Positions 19,610-30,556 are shown, counted from the first letter of the stretch. The stretch is DNA of 64,000 nucleotides from Thermoplasmata archaeon (GCA_023261755.1 JAGDXS010000002.1:365-64364), one strand, 5' to 3'. Translations and numbers: made by a program. The notes: generated by a model not told the origin, from the letters alone.

Positions 19610-19749
19610 AATTTTTGCATATATTCTCAATATTTAATTTCTTTGTCATTTTTCTTGCTATTTTTATTTGGTAATATATGACGATAAGTTTATATAATGG
19701 CGTATGTATATCATATAAATAGCTGACATGAATATGACATGGTGGTCAT

Positions 19750-22700
19750 ATGTATCTAAAAAAATTGGACTTGGAAAATTTTAAAAGTTTCGGTAAAAAA
19801 ACAATTATAGAATTTAAGAAGGGTTTTACTGGGGTGAGTGGTCCAAACGGTTCAGGTAAAAGTAACATTTCAGATGCAATACTTTTTGTCCTAGGTCCAA
19901 AAAGTTCAAAAATTTTAAGGGCTCAAAGATTAACAGATCTGATTTTTAATGGTGGAAAAGACAGAAAACCAGCTGATTACTGCAAAGTATCTTTGGTTTT
20001 TGATAATTCTGATAGGGAAATACCTGTTGATTCTGATGAGGTTACATTCACAAGAATAATTAAAAAATCTGGTGAGGGGGAGGATTACAATAGCTATTTC
20101 TACATAAATGATGAAAAGGCTAAGTTGCAGGATTTCACATCTCTCCTTTCTAGAGCAAAAATATTTGCTGATGGATATAATATAGTTCAACAGGGAGACA
20201 TTACAAGAATCGTTGAAATGTCTCCCCTGGAAAGAAGAAGAATCCTAGAAGAAATATCTGGAATTACAAAATATGATGAACAGATAGCTGATGCAGAAAG
20301 GAAAAAGCAGGAAACAGAAGACAATATGGCTAAAATTGAGATTTTAATTAAAGAAATAGAATCTAGGCTATTAAGCCTAGAGAATGATAGAAAAACTGCA
20401 TTGAGATATTTAGAATTAAAAAATGAATTAACAAAATCTCGGGCTGCATTGGAGTACAAAAAAATAAAACAATTAAAGAGTGAAATAGACGGTGATATGG
20501 ATGAAATGAATCGTCTTAACAAGGATATAGAAAATTTGAAGGTTGAAATTAAAAAGAATGAGGATGATCTTAAATCAAAAAAGGAAATATTCGATAGATT
20601 GAGTAATGAAATTTCCAAGGGCGGTGGGGACGAACACATTAAAGTGAAGGCACAGATAGATGATATTAGACTTTCCCTGGGAAAATATAGGATGAGAATG
20701 GAGGATTTTCAAGCAAGGATAGATGAAATTAATGAAGAATTAAAAATTCTTGAAAATCAGAAAAAAACCTTAAAAAAGGAACTTGATGAAAAAATTTCTA
20801 AACTAAAGGAAATTGAAAATAAAAAAAATGAATCTGAAAAATTGCTTGCACAGAAAAAGAATGAATTAAAAGATCTTGAAGATAAAATTACAAATTCATC
20901 AAAGGACCTGAAAGAAATTCAGGATTTGTTGAATAAGAGGCATACCGATTTTTCTGAAATAAAGGAAATACTTGCAAAAAAGAATGCTGAACTTGAATCT
21001 TACAAGGAAAATTATAGAAATATTATAGAATTTATAGCAACACAGGAAGAAGAATTAAAAAATTTAGAACTGAATATAAAGGATGCAGAATGGAGAATGG
21101 AATCAGTAAAGGACAAGGAAGAGGATATTAAGAAAAGAAATAAGGATCTTCAGGATCTTTATTATACATTAAAGAACAAGGAGGTACAACTAAGGGAAAA
21201 TATACAGAAGGTGGAAACTAAGATTCTATCCTTATCAAGGTTATATGAAAAATACAAAGCTAAAATTGAAATGAACAGATCAATGGAAAGTGTTAATTCT
21301 ATTTTGGAAGCGAGGGATAAGGGCATAATAAAAGGTATTAAGGGAACTGTAAGGGAGTTAATTGAAGTTCCAAAGGATCTTGAACTTGCTATTGATATTG
21401 CAGGTGGAAACAGGTTAGATTCGCTCGTTGTTGAATCTGATGAAATTGCAGCACAATGCATTGATTATTTAAAGCAGAATAAAAAAGGTACTGCCACATT
21501 CCTTCCCATTAACAAAATGGCACCAGGAAGGCCAAGGGGCAAGGCATTGCTTGCAATAAAGGATCAAAAGGCCATAGGTCTTATACTGGACCTAATAAAA
21601 TTCGAAAAGGAAATAGAAGGACCATTGTGGTATGTTTTCAGTGATACAGTAGCTGTTGAAGATCTCAACACTGCAAGAAAATTGATGGGTGGTGTGAGAT
21701 TAGTTACAAGGGATGGACAGCTCATTGAAGCAAGTGGTGCAATAACTGGTGGTCTTGTGCAGAGGAGTGAAAAATCTTCTAACCTGGGAGAAATGGATAA
21801 CATATCTAAAGATCTAAGAAATGCAAACATTGAAAAAGAAAATTTGGAAAATGAGTATAAGGAAGTATTGAAAAACCTTGATCAAGTAAGCAAGGAGATT
21901 CAGGATCTATCAAAGAATAGAATAGAAGATGTTTCTATTTATGTAAAAACAATCAATGAGAATAAAGAAAAATTATCAAAATTGAAGGTTTCAATAGAAA
22001 ATAAATATAAGGAAAAGAGGTCATTGGAAGAAAAGCTAAAAATTGCAGAGGATGAAATTAAAAAACTTTCGGAAAAGGCTGAGTTTATAGAAAGAGACAT
22101 TAATTCCATGAAAATAAAGCTTGAGAATTTCGCACCCAGTGAAATTCAAGAAAAGATAAGATCGGTAAAGAATGAAATAGAAAATATTGAGCATAATTAT
22201 ACGGCCTTTACTTTGCTTAAAAAAGATCTTGAACATAATATAGAGGATATAACAAAAACAATAAACGATGATGAAAAAAATATTGCAAAATTGGAAAATG
22301 AAAGAAAACAGAAAGCATCAGACTTGGAAAATGTTAAAAAAGAAATAGAAGAAAATGAAATAAAATTAAGAAAATTCCAGGAAATAAATGCTTCAATAGA
22401 AGAGAACATAAAAAAGAAATGGGAAGAGAGAGAAAAGATACAGAATGAAATTTCTAACATTGAGTTGGCAATACAAAGAATTAATGAGGAAATCAATAGG
22501 AAGGATGATTTTATTATAACATTAAAATCTAGGATAAATGATAAAAGGAATGATCTCCAAGAATCTGAAAAGGAATTTAATTCTTATGGTATAGAAATAA
22601 AAGAACCATTACCTGGAACAATGGAATTGAAAAAGACAATTGAATACTGTGAATCTACAATGAAATCAATGGAACCGATTAATATGAAAAGCATAGAGGA

Positions 22701-23286
22701 ATATGACAGCGAAAATGCTAGATTGCAGGATTTGAAATCTAATTATTCAAATCTTTCAGAAGAAAAAAGCAATCTAATAAAATTAATGAATGAATTGAAT
22801 GAAAAGAAAAAGGATGGCCTACTTTCAGTTTATAGAGCCATCAAGGAAAACTTTTCAAAAATTTATTCTGAAATTACAAATGGTGGAGAAGCTGTAATGT
22901 ACCTTGAAAATGAAAATGATCCATTCGAGGGAGGCCTTGTAATAAAAGCAAGGCCAAAGGGTAAAAAGATGATAAGGCTAGAAGCTCTAAGCGGTGGAGA
23001 GAAGAGTTTAACTGCACTTACATTTATTCTTGCAATTCAGCAGTATGATCCATCACCTTTCTACCTATTTGACGAATCAGATATGTTTCTTGATGGATAC
23101 AATGCTGAAAACATGGCAAGGATCCTTAAAGAAAATTCAAACAAGGCGCAATTCATAGTTGTTTCGCTAAGGAGAGCAGTTCTGAAGTATTCAGACAACA
23201 TTCTTGGAGTAACAATAATGCCTGATGGTATTTCAAAGGTTTATGAAGAAACTTATACTGAAGAGGTGAACACAATTGGACAATGA
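19750..23286 (+). CDS. smc: Chromosome segregation protein SMC
   Basis: 1178 aa with Walker A GPNGSGKSN, long coiled coils, a hinge, the signature LSGGEKSLTAL and Walker B FYLFDESD. Confidence 0.95.
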   Translation: MYLKKLDLENFKSFGKKTIIEFKKGFTGVSGPNGSGKSNISDAILFVLGPKSSKILRAQRLTDLIFNGGKDRKPADYCKVSLVFDNSDREIPVDSDEVTFTRIIKKSGEGEDYNSYFYINDEKAKLQDFTSLLSRAKIFADGYNIVQQGDITRIVEMSPLERRRILEEISGITKYDEQIADAERKKQETEDNMAKIEILIKEIESRLLSLENDRKTALRYLELKNELTKSRAALEYKKIKQLKSEIDGDMDEMNRLNKDIENLKVEIKKNEDDLKSKKEIFDRLSNEISKGGGDEHIKVKAQIDDIRLSLGKYRMRMEDFQARIDEINEELKILENQKKTLKKELDEKISKLKEIENKKNESEKLLAQKKNELKDLEDKITNSSKDLKEIQDLLNKRHTDFSEIKEILAKKNAELESYKENYRNIIEFIATQEEELKNLELNIKDAEWRMESVKDKEEDIKKRNKDLQDLYYTLKNKEVQLRENIQKVETKILSLSRLYEKYKAKIEMNRSMESVNSILEARDKGIIKGIKGTVRELIEVPKDLELAIDIAGGNRLDSLVVESDEIAAQCIDYLKQNKKGTATFLPINKMAPGRPRGKALLAIKDQKAIGLILDLIKFEKEIEGPLWYVFSDTVAVEDLNTARKLMGGVRLVTRDGQLIEASGAITGGLVQRSEKSSNLGEMDNISKDLRNANIEKENLENEYKEVLKNLDQVSKEIQDLSKNRIEDVSIYVKTINENKEKLSKLKVSIENKYKEKRSLEEKLKIAEDEIKKLSEKAEFIERDINSMKIKLENFAPSEIQEKIRSVKNEIENIEHNYTAFTLLKKDLEHNIEDITKTINDDEKNIAKLENERKQKASDLENVKKEIEENEIKLRKFQEINASIEENIKKKWEEREKIQNEISNIELAIQRINEEINRKDDFIITLKSRINDKRNDLQESEKEFNSYGIEIKEPLPGTMELKKTIEYCESTMKSMEPINMKSIEEYDSENARLQDLKSNYSNLSEEKSNLIKLMNELNEKKKDGLLSVYRAIKENFSKIYSEITNGGEAVMYLENENDPFEGGLVIKARPKGKKMIRLEALSGGEKSLTALTFILAIQQYDPSPFYLFDESDMFLDGYNAENMARILKENSNKAQFIVVSLRRAVLKYSDNILGVTIMPDGISKVYEETYTEEVNTIGQ

Positions 23287-24139
23287 AATATTAAGAGAAA
23301 TAATGAAGAGGGATTTAACACAGGATCAGATAAATTACTATCTTTCTATTTTAAAGGATGAAAAAACAAATTTATATTTGTCAATAAATGATCAGAATCT
23401 TAAGGCAATAGTTGTGGCATTTCAACTTGTCCTGGATGAAAATTTCAATCCAATGGACATAGACCTTGTAAAATTTACTCAACTCTATCTTAAAAAAATA
23501 AAAGATGAGAATATTTTTGATTTCATCACAGCTGGGAAATTGGTCCTAATGGCATGGGAAATTCTTTTCAAGAAAAGTGAAAGAATATTAAGTATCTATA
23601 CAACAAAGGAAGAGGATTATTACGAATTATGGGATCCATACGATTCAATACCTGAAAGCATAGATTATTCGGAAATTACCGATACAATAATAGATTCAAA
23701 TCCTTTTCAAGAACCTGTAAGAAGAATGGAGAAAAGGCCAGTTACACTTTCAGAATTGATCAACGCTTTGAAAGACGCGATTAAGGATTCTGAAACTAGA
23801 ATGAAAGAAAATGAGGAGAAGAAAAAAATAGAGGAAAAATACAGAATACTAATTAAGGAAAGACTCCACCAGGAAAGTATTGAAGATGATATCCAGGAAG
23901 TATGGTCAAGAATATGCGAGATGGAGGATGAATTTTACAAGAACCAAATTGAGGATGGAACTAAAGAAGATTCAATAAAGGTATTGATCTCTTTACTCTT
24001 TCTTGAAAATTCAGGAAAAATAATAATGGAACAGAATGAACCGTTTGGGCCCATTAAAATAAACATTAATGTACCGAGGGAACTAAGAAAAATAGCATTC
24101 CTAAATCCACCAAATGTAGAAATTGTAAAGAAAAATTGA
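23276..24139 (+). CDS. scpA: Segregation and condensation protein A (kleisin ScpA)
   Basis: 287 aa immediately downstream of smc, overlapping it by 11 nt (TTG start; alternative ATG at 23303). Size and acidic linker are kleisin-like. Confidence 0.7.
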   Translation: MDNEILREIMKRDLTQDQINYYLSILKDEKTNLYLSINDQNLKAIVVAFQLVLDENFNPMDIDLVKFTQLYLKKIKDENIFDFITAGKLVLMAWEILFKKSERILSIYTTKEEDYYELWDPYDSIPESIDYSEITDTIIDSNPFQEPVRRMEKRPVTLSELINALKDAIKDSETRMKENEEKKKIEEKYRILIKERLHQESIEDDIQEVWSRICEMEDEFYKNQIEDGTKEDSIKVLISLLFLENSGKIIMEQNEPFGPIKININVPRELRKIAFLNPPNVEIVKKN

Positions 24140-24141
24140 TT

Positions 24142-24432
24142 TTAACTACCCAACTGTTTCAGTGCCTCAGCTTCAAGATCCTCAAAAACTTTTTCTATTT
24201 TCCTCAATGCCCTTTTTACAGCAGCCTGTGGTTTACCCTCTTTTACTTTTATGTAAATTTTAGGATTATCCAAGTTAGGATGATCTATGTGATATTTAGT
24301 TTCTAGAACCATTGGATCTCTGCTAAGCTCTTCCACAAGAGGCCTTAAAATTGTATTATCAGAATTAACTACTTCAAGCTCAATAAAATCTTTTCCTTTA
24401 TTTATTACTTTAAATGAAATATCATTTACCAT
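24142..24432 (-). CDS. rpoL: DNA-directed RNA polymerase subunit L (Rpo11)
   Basis: 96 aa. The pattern ...IELEVVNSDNTILRPLVEEL...YHIDHPNLDNPKIYIKVKEG is typical of Rpo11. Confidence 0.85.
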   Translation of the reverse strand: MVNDISFKVINKGKDFIELEVVNSDNTILRPLVEELSRDPMVLETKYHIDHPNLDNPKIYIKVKEGKPQAAVKRALRKIEKVFEDLEAEALKQLGS

Positions 24433-24474
24433 TGTTTTTTCTTTAAAGAGTTTGTTTATTTAAATTTATTGATC

Positions 24475-24891
24475 TTATTTTAAAATGTCCTGAACAAAAG
24501 CGGGATAGACTTTTCTTATTCCTTTTACCTGGGTTATTCTCTTTACACAATCCATTATACTTTTATTATTATCAACAACATAGGCAATTGCAACATGATC
24601 ACCTGTTGTTGAATAAAGCTCTTTTACACAAGGTATTTTCTTAATTTCTTCTAAAGAATTAATGAATTCTTCAGGTGAAATATCTAGTCCTATGAATGCA
24701 TCCTCTTCACCTATAGCTCTATAGTTTATTCTAACATTATAATTCAATATTATGCCTTCATTTTTTAATTTCATAATTCTATTTCTTACAGTTCCTTTAC
24801 TTATACCCAAAATTTCAGCCAGTTCCTGCAGTGAGAAATCAGGCCTTTTTTCCATTTCCCTGAGAATTTTTATGTCCAATTCATCGTACAT
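24475..24891 (-). CDS. Lrp/AsnC-family transcriptional regulator
   Basis: MYDELDIKILREM...LAEILGISKGTVRNRI HTH plus a RAM domain. ATG at 24891. The ORF-track 5' extension to 24993 is low-complexity. Confidence 0.85.
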   Translation of the reverse strand: MYDELDIKILREMEKRPDFSLQELAEILGISKGTVRNRIMKLKNEGIILNYNVRINYRAIGEEDAFIGLDISPEEFINSLEEIKKIPCVKELYSTTGDHVAIAYVVDNNKSIMDCVKRITQVKGIRKVYPAFVQDILK

Positions 24892-25008
24892 AATTACCAT
24901 ATAGGAAAATAGTATAATAATTTTATTCAAAAATACAATTTTTTTAAACGATAAAATAAAATTTTTGATCAAAAAGAAAAAATTATTATACAATAATACA
25001 ATATATCC

Positions 25009-25704
25009 ATGGTGGTAAAAATGGAGTTTAGAATGCCATTGATAGGTGAAAAGTTTCCAGAAATTTCTGCAATGACAACAATGGGACAGATAAGTCTTCC
25101 AGAGAAATACAAGGGAAAATGGTTTGTTTTATTCAGTCACCCGGGGGATTTCACACCTGTTTGCACAACAGAATTCTATTCCTTTGCTTCAAAATATGAA
25201 GAATTTAAAAAAATAAACACAGAATTAATAGGTTTGAGCGTTGATTCAAATATAAGCCATATTGAATGGGTGAACTGGATTAAGGAAAAACTAGGGAAGG
25301 AAATACCTTTTCCCATAATAGCAGATTCACTTGGAAATGTTTCCAAGGCGTTGGGCATGATACATGCGGAATCCAGCACATCAACTGTGAGAGCAGTGTT
25401 CATTGTAGACCCTAATTCAACTGTGAGGTTAATAATGTACTATCCTCTGGAAATAGGAAGAAATATAAGCGAAATTCTAAGAAGCATTAAGGCTCTTCAA
25501 ATGGTGGATAAATACAACGCTGTAATGCCGGCAAATTGGCCTTACAATGAACTTATTGGAGATAAATTCTTGAACAAGCCTCCATCAAACATATCCGATG
25601 CGGGTGAGGTACTTAAAAAATACAAGGGATACGATTGGTGGATAAGCTACCGTGATTCTCCTGAGGAAGAGTCAAAAGAGGCAAAAGAATTATTTAAAAA
25701 ATAA
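25009..25704 (+). CDS. Peroxiredoxin (AhpC/TSA, Prx6-like archaeal type)
   Basis: Peroxidatic Cys motif [12 protein letters not shown]. The likely true start is [10 protein letters not shown] at 25033. Confidence 0.9.
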   Translation: MVVKMEFRMPLIGEKFPEISAMTTMGQISLPEKYKGKWFVLFSHPGDFTPVCTTEFYSFASKYEEFKKINTELIGLSVDSNISHIEWVNWIKEKLGKEIPFPIIADSLGNVSKALGMIHAESSTSTVRAVFIVDPNSTVRLIMYYPLEIGRNISEILRSIKALQMVDKYNAVMPANWPYNELIGDKFLNKPPSNISDAGEVLKKYKGYDWWISYRDSPEEESKEAKELFKK

Positions 25705-25712
25705 TTTTTTTT
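25705..25712 (+). terminator. Oligo-T tract after the peroxiredoxin gene
   Basis: T8 run directly after the TAA at 25702-25704. Confidence 0.4.
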
Positions 25713-25792
25713 AATTTTTACTTTTTTTAAGAAATAACTTAATATATTAGCAAAAATTTTACTTTGAGTAACTTTAAGAGGTGAACAAGGTA

Positions 25793-26641
25793 ATGGCTGA
25801 AAAAATTTCTGATATAATGACAAAAAACCCTATTCTGCTAGTTGCCCCTGCTTCTAGGAATGAAGCTCTAAAAATAATGGTAAAGAATAATATTACAGGC
25901 CTTCCGGTTGTAGATGAAAATAAAAAATATTTGGGCATGATCACAAGGAGAGATATATTTGAAAAACCTAAAGAGGATCAAATAGCTCTAATAATGAGAG
26001 AAGATGCACCTACGATTTCCCCAAATGAAGATGTTAAAAAAGGTGCGGAATTATTCATAAAAACTAAAAGAAGGCATATTGCAGTTATTGATGATAAAAG
26101 AAAAGTTGTTGGTATAGTTACTCCTTATGATTACCTTAAGCTAATTTACCAAAAAAAGATTCAGGACCCTGTTGAAAAGTTTATTAAAAATCCCTGCATA
26201 CTTGTTCACCAATCAACACCTCTTAAAGTAGTTTTCAAGATGATCACATTAACAAAAATAAATGCATTCCCTGTTGTTGATGATGATGCAAATCTTGTGG
26301 GAGTTATAACAGATAGGGATATTTTCGAAAATGCAAAGGTAGAAATGAATGAATCAACTAGCCAGCTAGGTCTTGGTGAGGACGAAGATTCCTGGACATG
26401 GGAAGGTATGAGAAACATTTTAAAAATTCTTTATGTGGAGGAAAAGATTGAACTTCCAAAATCACCAGTTTCAGATGTCATGGTTAAAGAACCTGTTTCT
26501 GTACTTAATAAATCACCTGCCTATAGAGCAGCAAAAATAATGATAGATAATAATTTTTCACAGCTGCCCGTAAGGGATTCTTACGATTCACTTGTGGCAA
26601 TGCTTTACGATACGGATCTTCTTGAAATATTCAAAGAGTGA
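25793..26641 (+). CDS. CBS-domain protein (two CBS pairs)
   Basis: Repeated CBS patterns (ITGLPVVDENKKYLGMITRRDI; HIAVIDDKRKVVGIVTPYD; INAFPVVDDDANLVGVITDRDI; FSQLPVRD). ATG at 25793. Confidence 0.8.
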   Translation: MAEKISDIMTKNPILLVAPASRNEALKIMVKNNITGLPVVDENKKYLGMITRRDIFEKPKEDQIALIMREDAPTISPNEDVKKGAELFIKTKRRHIAVIDDKRKVVGIVTPYDYLKLIYQKKIQDPVEKFIKNPCILVHQSTPLKVVFKMITLTKINAFPVVDDDANLVGVITDRDIFENAKVEMNESTSQLGLGEDEDSWTWEGMRNILKILYVEEKIELPKSPVSDVMVKEPVSVLNKSPAYRAAKIMIDNNFSQLPVRDSYDSLVAMLYDTDLLEIFKE

Positions 26642-26647
26642 TTTACG

Positions 26648-28315
26648 ATGGAATATCAGGATGTCATAGAGCTTGCTAAGAGAAGGGCAATTTTCTGGCC
26701 TGCATTTGACATATATGGAGGTTTATCTGGATTCTTTGATTATGGCCCGGTAGGTGTTCTCATTAAAGACAATATAATAAATTCATGGAAAAATGTTTTC
26801 ATCAACGTAGAAGGCATGGTCCCTATTGATTCGCCTAACATTACACCAGAAGAAGTCCTGGATGCATCAGGCCATACAAAGGTTTTTACGGATTATATCA
26901 CTTACTGTGAAAATTGCGGTGAGGCATACAGAGTTGATGAATTAATCAAAATGAAAGATCCAACTTTTGAATTAAAATCTTACGATTATATGGTTCAGAG
27001 AATGCAAGAGCTTGATTTAAAATGCGAAAAATGTGGTGGCAAACTATCAAAACCTGAAAAATTCAACCTAATGCTTCCTACCAAGGTTGGCCCGGGAAAG
27101 GGAAAGCAGGCTTATTTAAGGCCAGAAACAGCTCAGGGAATATTTATTAATTTTTTAACATACTTAAGATACTTTAGGGATACTTTGCCATTTGGTGTAG
27201 TTCAGGTGGGAAAGGGATTTAGAAATGAAATAGCACCAAGACAGGGCTTAATCAGGTTAAGGGAATTTAACATGGCTGAGGTTGAAGTATTTTTTGACCC
27301 TGAATCCCTAATATGGCCAGGTCATTACAATGAAATATTCAACGATGAAGTTTTATTACTTCCAAATGATGGAAGGGAAATAAGGATTAAAATTTCTGAA
27401 TCCATGGAGAATAAAATAATAAAAATTCAACCAATAGCATATTTTATTGGCCTTGTTCAAAGGTTTTTAATAAACATAGGTGTAGATAAGAATAAAATAA
27501 GGTTCAGGCAGCATTATCCTGAGGAACTTGCTCATTATTCAAAGGATTGCTGGGATTGTGAGGTTAAGACATCATTAGGTTGGATAGAGGTAACAGGCAT
27601 AGCGGACAGAAATCAATATGATCTTAAACAGCACAGCGAAAAATCTGGTGTATTGCTTGTCTTTAAAAAGAAACTTGATAAACCAAAATATATAACAAGG
27701 AAAAGGTATGTTCCAATTGAAAATGAGATAAAAAATATTTATGGTAAGGAATGGAAAGCTGTATTCGAAATGCTAAAAAATTTGGAATACAATGATAAAA
27801 AACCTATTTACAGGAACAAAGAGATTGATGAAAATTGCTACAGGATAGAAATATACCAGGAGGAAATAAAAACTGAGGATGTCATTCCATGGGTAATTGA
27901 ACCATCATTTGGTATAGATAGAATATTTTATTCTTTATTGGAACACAATCTTTATAGGAGAGAAGAATCGGGATACAAAGTACTTGGATTAAAGCCCCAT
28001 ATTGCTCCATTTAAGGTTGCAGTTTTCCCTTTAATGCCAAAGGATAACTTAGATTTAAAGGCTTTAGAGATTTACAGAATGCTTAAAAATTCTGGAATTA
28101 CTGCCTACTATGATGATTCAGGATCAATTGGAAGAAGGTATGCAAGGGCTGACGAAATAGGTGTACCATTTTGCATTACGATAGATTATGAAACACTGGA
28201 GAATGATACAGTAACAATAAGGGATAGGGATACAACAGAACAGGAGAGAATACATATTAATAATATTGCAAAAAAAATAAAAGAAAGTGTAGAAAAATGC
28301 ATGATGTCAATATAA
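26648..28315 (+). CDS. glyS: Glycine--tRNA ligase (archaeal/eukaryotic alpha2 type)
   Basis: 555 aa with class II motifs (GLIRLREFNMAEVEVF; EPSFGIDR) and a C-terminal anticodon-binding domain. Confidence 0.95.
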   Translation: MEYQDVIELAKRRAIFWPAFDIYGGLSGFFDYGPVGVLIKDNIINSWKNVFINVEGMVPIDSPNITPEEVLDASGHTKVFTDYITYCENCGEAYRVDELIKMKDPTFELKSYDYMVQRMQELDLKCEKCGGKLSKPEKFNLMLPTKVGPGKGKQAYLRPETAQGIFINFLTYLRYFRDTLPFGVVQVGKGFRNEIAPRQGLIRLREFNMAEVEVFFDPESLIWPGHYNEIFNDEVLLLPNDGREIRIKISESMENKIIKIQPIAYFIGLVQRFLINIGVDKNKIRFRQHYPEELAHYSKDCWDCEVKTSLGWIEVTGIADRNQYDLKQHSEKSGVLLVFKKKLDKPKYITRKRYVPIENEIKNIYGKEWKAVFEMLKNLEYNDKKPIYRNKEIDENCYRIEIYQEEIKTEDVIPWVIEPSFGIDRIFYSLLEHNLYRREESGYKVLGLKPHIAPFKVAVFPLMPKDNLDLKALEIYRMLKNSGITAYYDDSGSIGRRYARADEIGVPFCITIDYETLENDTVTIRDRDTTEQERIHINNIAKKIKESVEKCMMSI

Positions 28316-29043
28316 ATTATGAGGAAATTCTTCACAACCTTATTACAAATAATATTCCAAGTTTAAATGTAAAAAAAGTGGCCATAATGCTTTCAGGAGG
28401 CTTGGATAGTACAGTTGTACTCTCCATGATCATGGACTTCTATGATGTTGTCGCTTACACCGTTGGTGCCAAGGATTCTAAGGATATTGATAATGCAGTT
28501 CGTGTTGCTGAAAATTTGGGCATAAAAAAGCATAAGATCATTTATATTGATAAAGCAAACGTCAAAAAAGCAATGGAAGAACTTTTGAAGGGTTATCCAA
28601 ACCTTTCTGTTGTTGATCTATCATTTGAAATACCATATTACATTGGAATATCAAATGTGAAAGAGAAACATGTATTCACCGGCCAGGGATCAGATGAACT
28701 ATTCGGTGGCTATAAAAAGTATGAAAAAAATCCTGAGCTAATGGAAAAGGATATTCTTAGATTAATAACAATTACATTACCAAGAGAGAAGGAGATAGCA
28801 GCGAAATTTAATAAAGTACTTCATACACCATTTGTATGCACTGAAATCATAAGGTTTTCACTATCTTTGCCACCAGAGGAGAAGGAAAAGAAGGCAATTG
28901 TTAAAAGGTTAGGCATGAAATTAAATTTACCAGAGGAAGTAATAAATAGGAAAAAAATTGCAATGCAATATGGATCAGGTACAATGAAAATATTAAGGCA
29001 GATAGCTAAAGAATATGTAATAAATTATGAAAGTAACAAATAA
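28297..29043 (+). CDS. Stand-alone asparagine-synthase-type PP-loop ATP pyrophosphatase domain protein
   Basis: PP-loop AIMLSGGLDST and the AsnB-type motif GQGSDELFGGY. There is no glutaminase domain. Overlaps the glyS end by 19 nt. Confidence 0.65.
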   Translation: MHDVNINYEEILHNLITNNIPSLNVKKVAIMLSGGLDSTVVLSMIMDFYDVVAYTVGAKDSKDIDNAVRVAENLGIKKHKIIYIDKANVKKAMEELLKGYPNLSVVDLSFEIPYYIGISNVKEKHVFTGQGSDELFGGYKKYEKNPELMEKDILRLITITLPREKEIAAKFNKVLHTPFVCTEIIRFSLSLPPEEKEKKAIVKRLGMKLNLPEEVINRKKIAMQYGSGTMKILRQIAKEYVINYESNK

Positions 29044-29044
29044 A

Positions 29045-29722
29045 TCATAATTCATGCAACCTTGAGATTATTGTTCTATCATCTAGATGAGTAACAACAA
29101 GTGGTATATTTTCCAATTCAGCAAGCTTGATTGATAATGGATCTACATTTTCTGGCCTTGCAAAAACTACCATTCCTGGTTTTAAGGGATGGGCTCTTAT
29201 GGCTACCATCGGTGATCTTCCAAATTTTACGCCAGTAAAAATCAATGCTCTCTCATTGCTCCAACCGTATATTTTCAAATAATCATTGGCATTGAATTCA
29301 ATTATTGCTTTAATACTGTCTATCATGGTGTATCCATAAATCTTTCTATCTAAATTTATATTTTCAGTAAGATTTTTTCCTTCAATATATTCTAGAACCT
29401 TTTTGCAAGTTACAGATGTCCAGAATTCTTTTATGTCTAGAATTGCATCGCTCCCGAAATTCTTTGTAAATTTTCTAATTGTAGGTGATCCTCTTGACAT
29501 ATCTATGTAAATAAGTGCCTCAACAATTTTTTTTATTGTGGAAATGCCTGGCGATTTTCTCCTGCCTATTTCATAATCACTTATTACAGAAGGTGAAATT
29601 TTTAGAAAATTGGACAATTCAGCCTGTGTTATGTTAAATTCTTCCCTCCACTTCCTTAACGTAAGACCGGGATTTTCGGAAAGAACTATTTCTCCTGCTA
29701 TTTTTTCTTCCAGTTCGAGCAT
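29045..29722 (-). CDS. XRE-type HTH transcriptional regulator with a conserved archaeal C-terminal domain (COG2522-like)
   Basis: LRKWREEFNITQAELSNFLKISPSVISDYEIGRRKSPG HTH. ATG at 29722. The ORF-track extension to 29806 is unlikely. Confidence 0.7.
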   Translation of the reverse strand: MLELEEKIAGEIVLSENPGLTLRKWREEFNITQAELSNFLKISPSVISDYEIGRRKSPGISTIKKIVEALIYIDMSRGSPTIRKFTKNFGSDAILDIKEFWTSVTCKKVLEYIEGKNLTENINLDRKIYGYTMIDSIKAIIEFNANDYLKIYGWSNERALIFTGVKFGRSPMVAIRAHPLKPGMVVFARPENVDPLSIKLAELENIPLVVTHLDDRTIISRLHEL

Positions 29723-29827
29723 AAGATTTAAGAATAGTATTAAAAAATAAATTTTTTCATGTTTTTTTAAGAAAATAAGAGAAAAATTTAAATGTGAAGG
29801 ATGCAATTCATTTTATGAAAAACAGAG

Positions 29828-30556
29828 GTGGTTTTATTGCCAAATCAGGATGAATCAATTTTAGATCAGGTAGAATCATACCTGAAAAAAGTAAAGGCGC
29901 AGAGTGATGAGATAAAGAAAAGGGAACAGGAGCTCATGGATAGGGAGAAGAAAATTTCCCAGTGGGAAAATGATTTAAAAAATACAGAAAACAAATTAAA
30001 GGAAAGGGAGAATTACCTGTTGAACAAGGAAAAAGAGATAGAAAATAATTCAAATAAACTGAAAGCATTTGAGAATGAACTTAAAAATAAATCAAAGGAA
30101 ATAGATTCAATGATAGAAAATTTGAGAAAGTCACAGAACAATTTTTCTCAGTTGGAAAATAAAATTAACAATTTACTCACAACCCTCGACTCTTACATTT
30201 CAAAATTCAAGGATAGTGAAAATACAATAAATAAATTTTTACAGGATTATCAAAGCAGGCAAAAAGAGTTTATGGAGATAGGGGTGAATGTTAAAAATAT
30301 CATAGGTTCGATTGAATCTGCCAAAAAGCAGATAGATCTTGCTTTAGGAACAAGTACCCCTGTGAATGTTCCTTCTGTAAATGTTGAAAAGGCAACTATT
30401 GATCAAAGTGCAATAGAAATTCCATCAAAGCCGCAAAGTGATGATGTAATTCCATGCCCGAATTGCGGAACATTAATAAGCAAAGATGCAGTAATGTGTT
30501 ATGCTTGCGGTTATGTATTACATCCTGAACTTCTTGAAGAAAATAAAGAAAAATAA
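29828..30556 (+). CDS. Coiled-coil protein with a C-terminal zinc ribbon
   Basis: ~190 aa of heptad-rich K/E/N sequence followed by CPNCGTLISKDAVMCYACGY. Confidence 0.5.
   Translation: MVLLPNQDESILDQVESYLKKVKAQSDEIKKREQELMDREKKISQWENDLKNTENKLKERENYLLNKEKEIENNSNKLKAFENELKNKSKEIDSMIENLRKSQNNFSQLENKINNLLTTLDSYISKFKDSENTINKFLQDYQSRQKEFMEIGVNVKNIIGSIESAKKQIDLALGTSTPVNVPSVNVEKATIDQSAIEIPSKPQSDDVIPCPNCGTLISKDAVMCYACGYVLHPELLEENKEK

Noticed and set aside
19678-19726. Possible C/D box sRNA upstream of smc (ATGACGA ... CTGA).
   Set aside because: The C box deviates from RUGAUGA, there are no internal D'/C' boxes, and the spacing is 38 nt with an AT-rich sequence. More likely this is just promoter DNA.
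24892-24993. 5' extensions of several ORF-track calls. Examples: Lrp to 24993, MBF1 to 2077, HTH regulator to 29806, acyl-CoA synthetase to 61574, MFS to 53641, atpD to 11341.
   Set aside because: The extensions are F/I/L/N/K-rich low-complexity sequence. Internal ATGs give canonical family N-termini and often have an SD-like GGTG/AGGTGA upstream.
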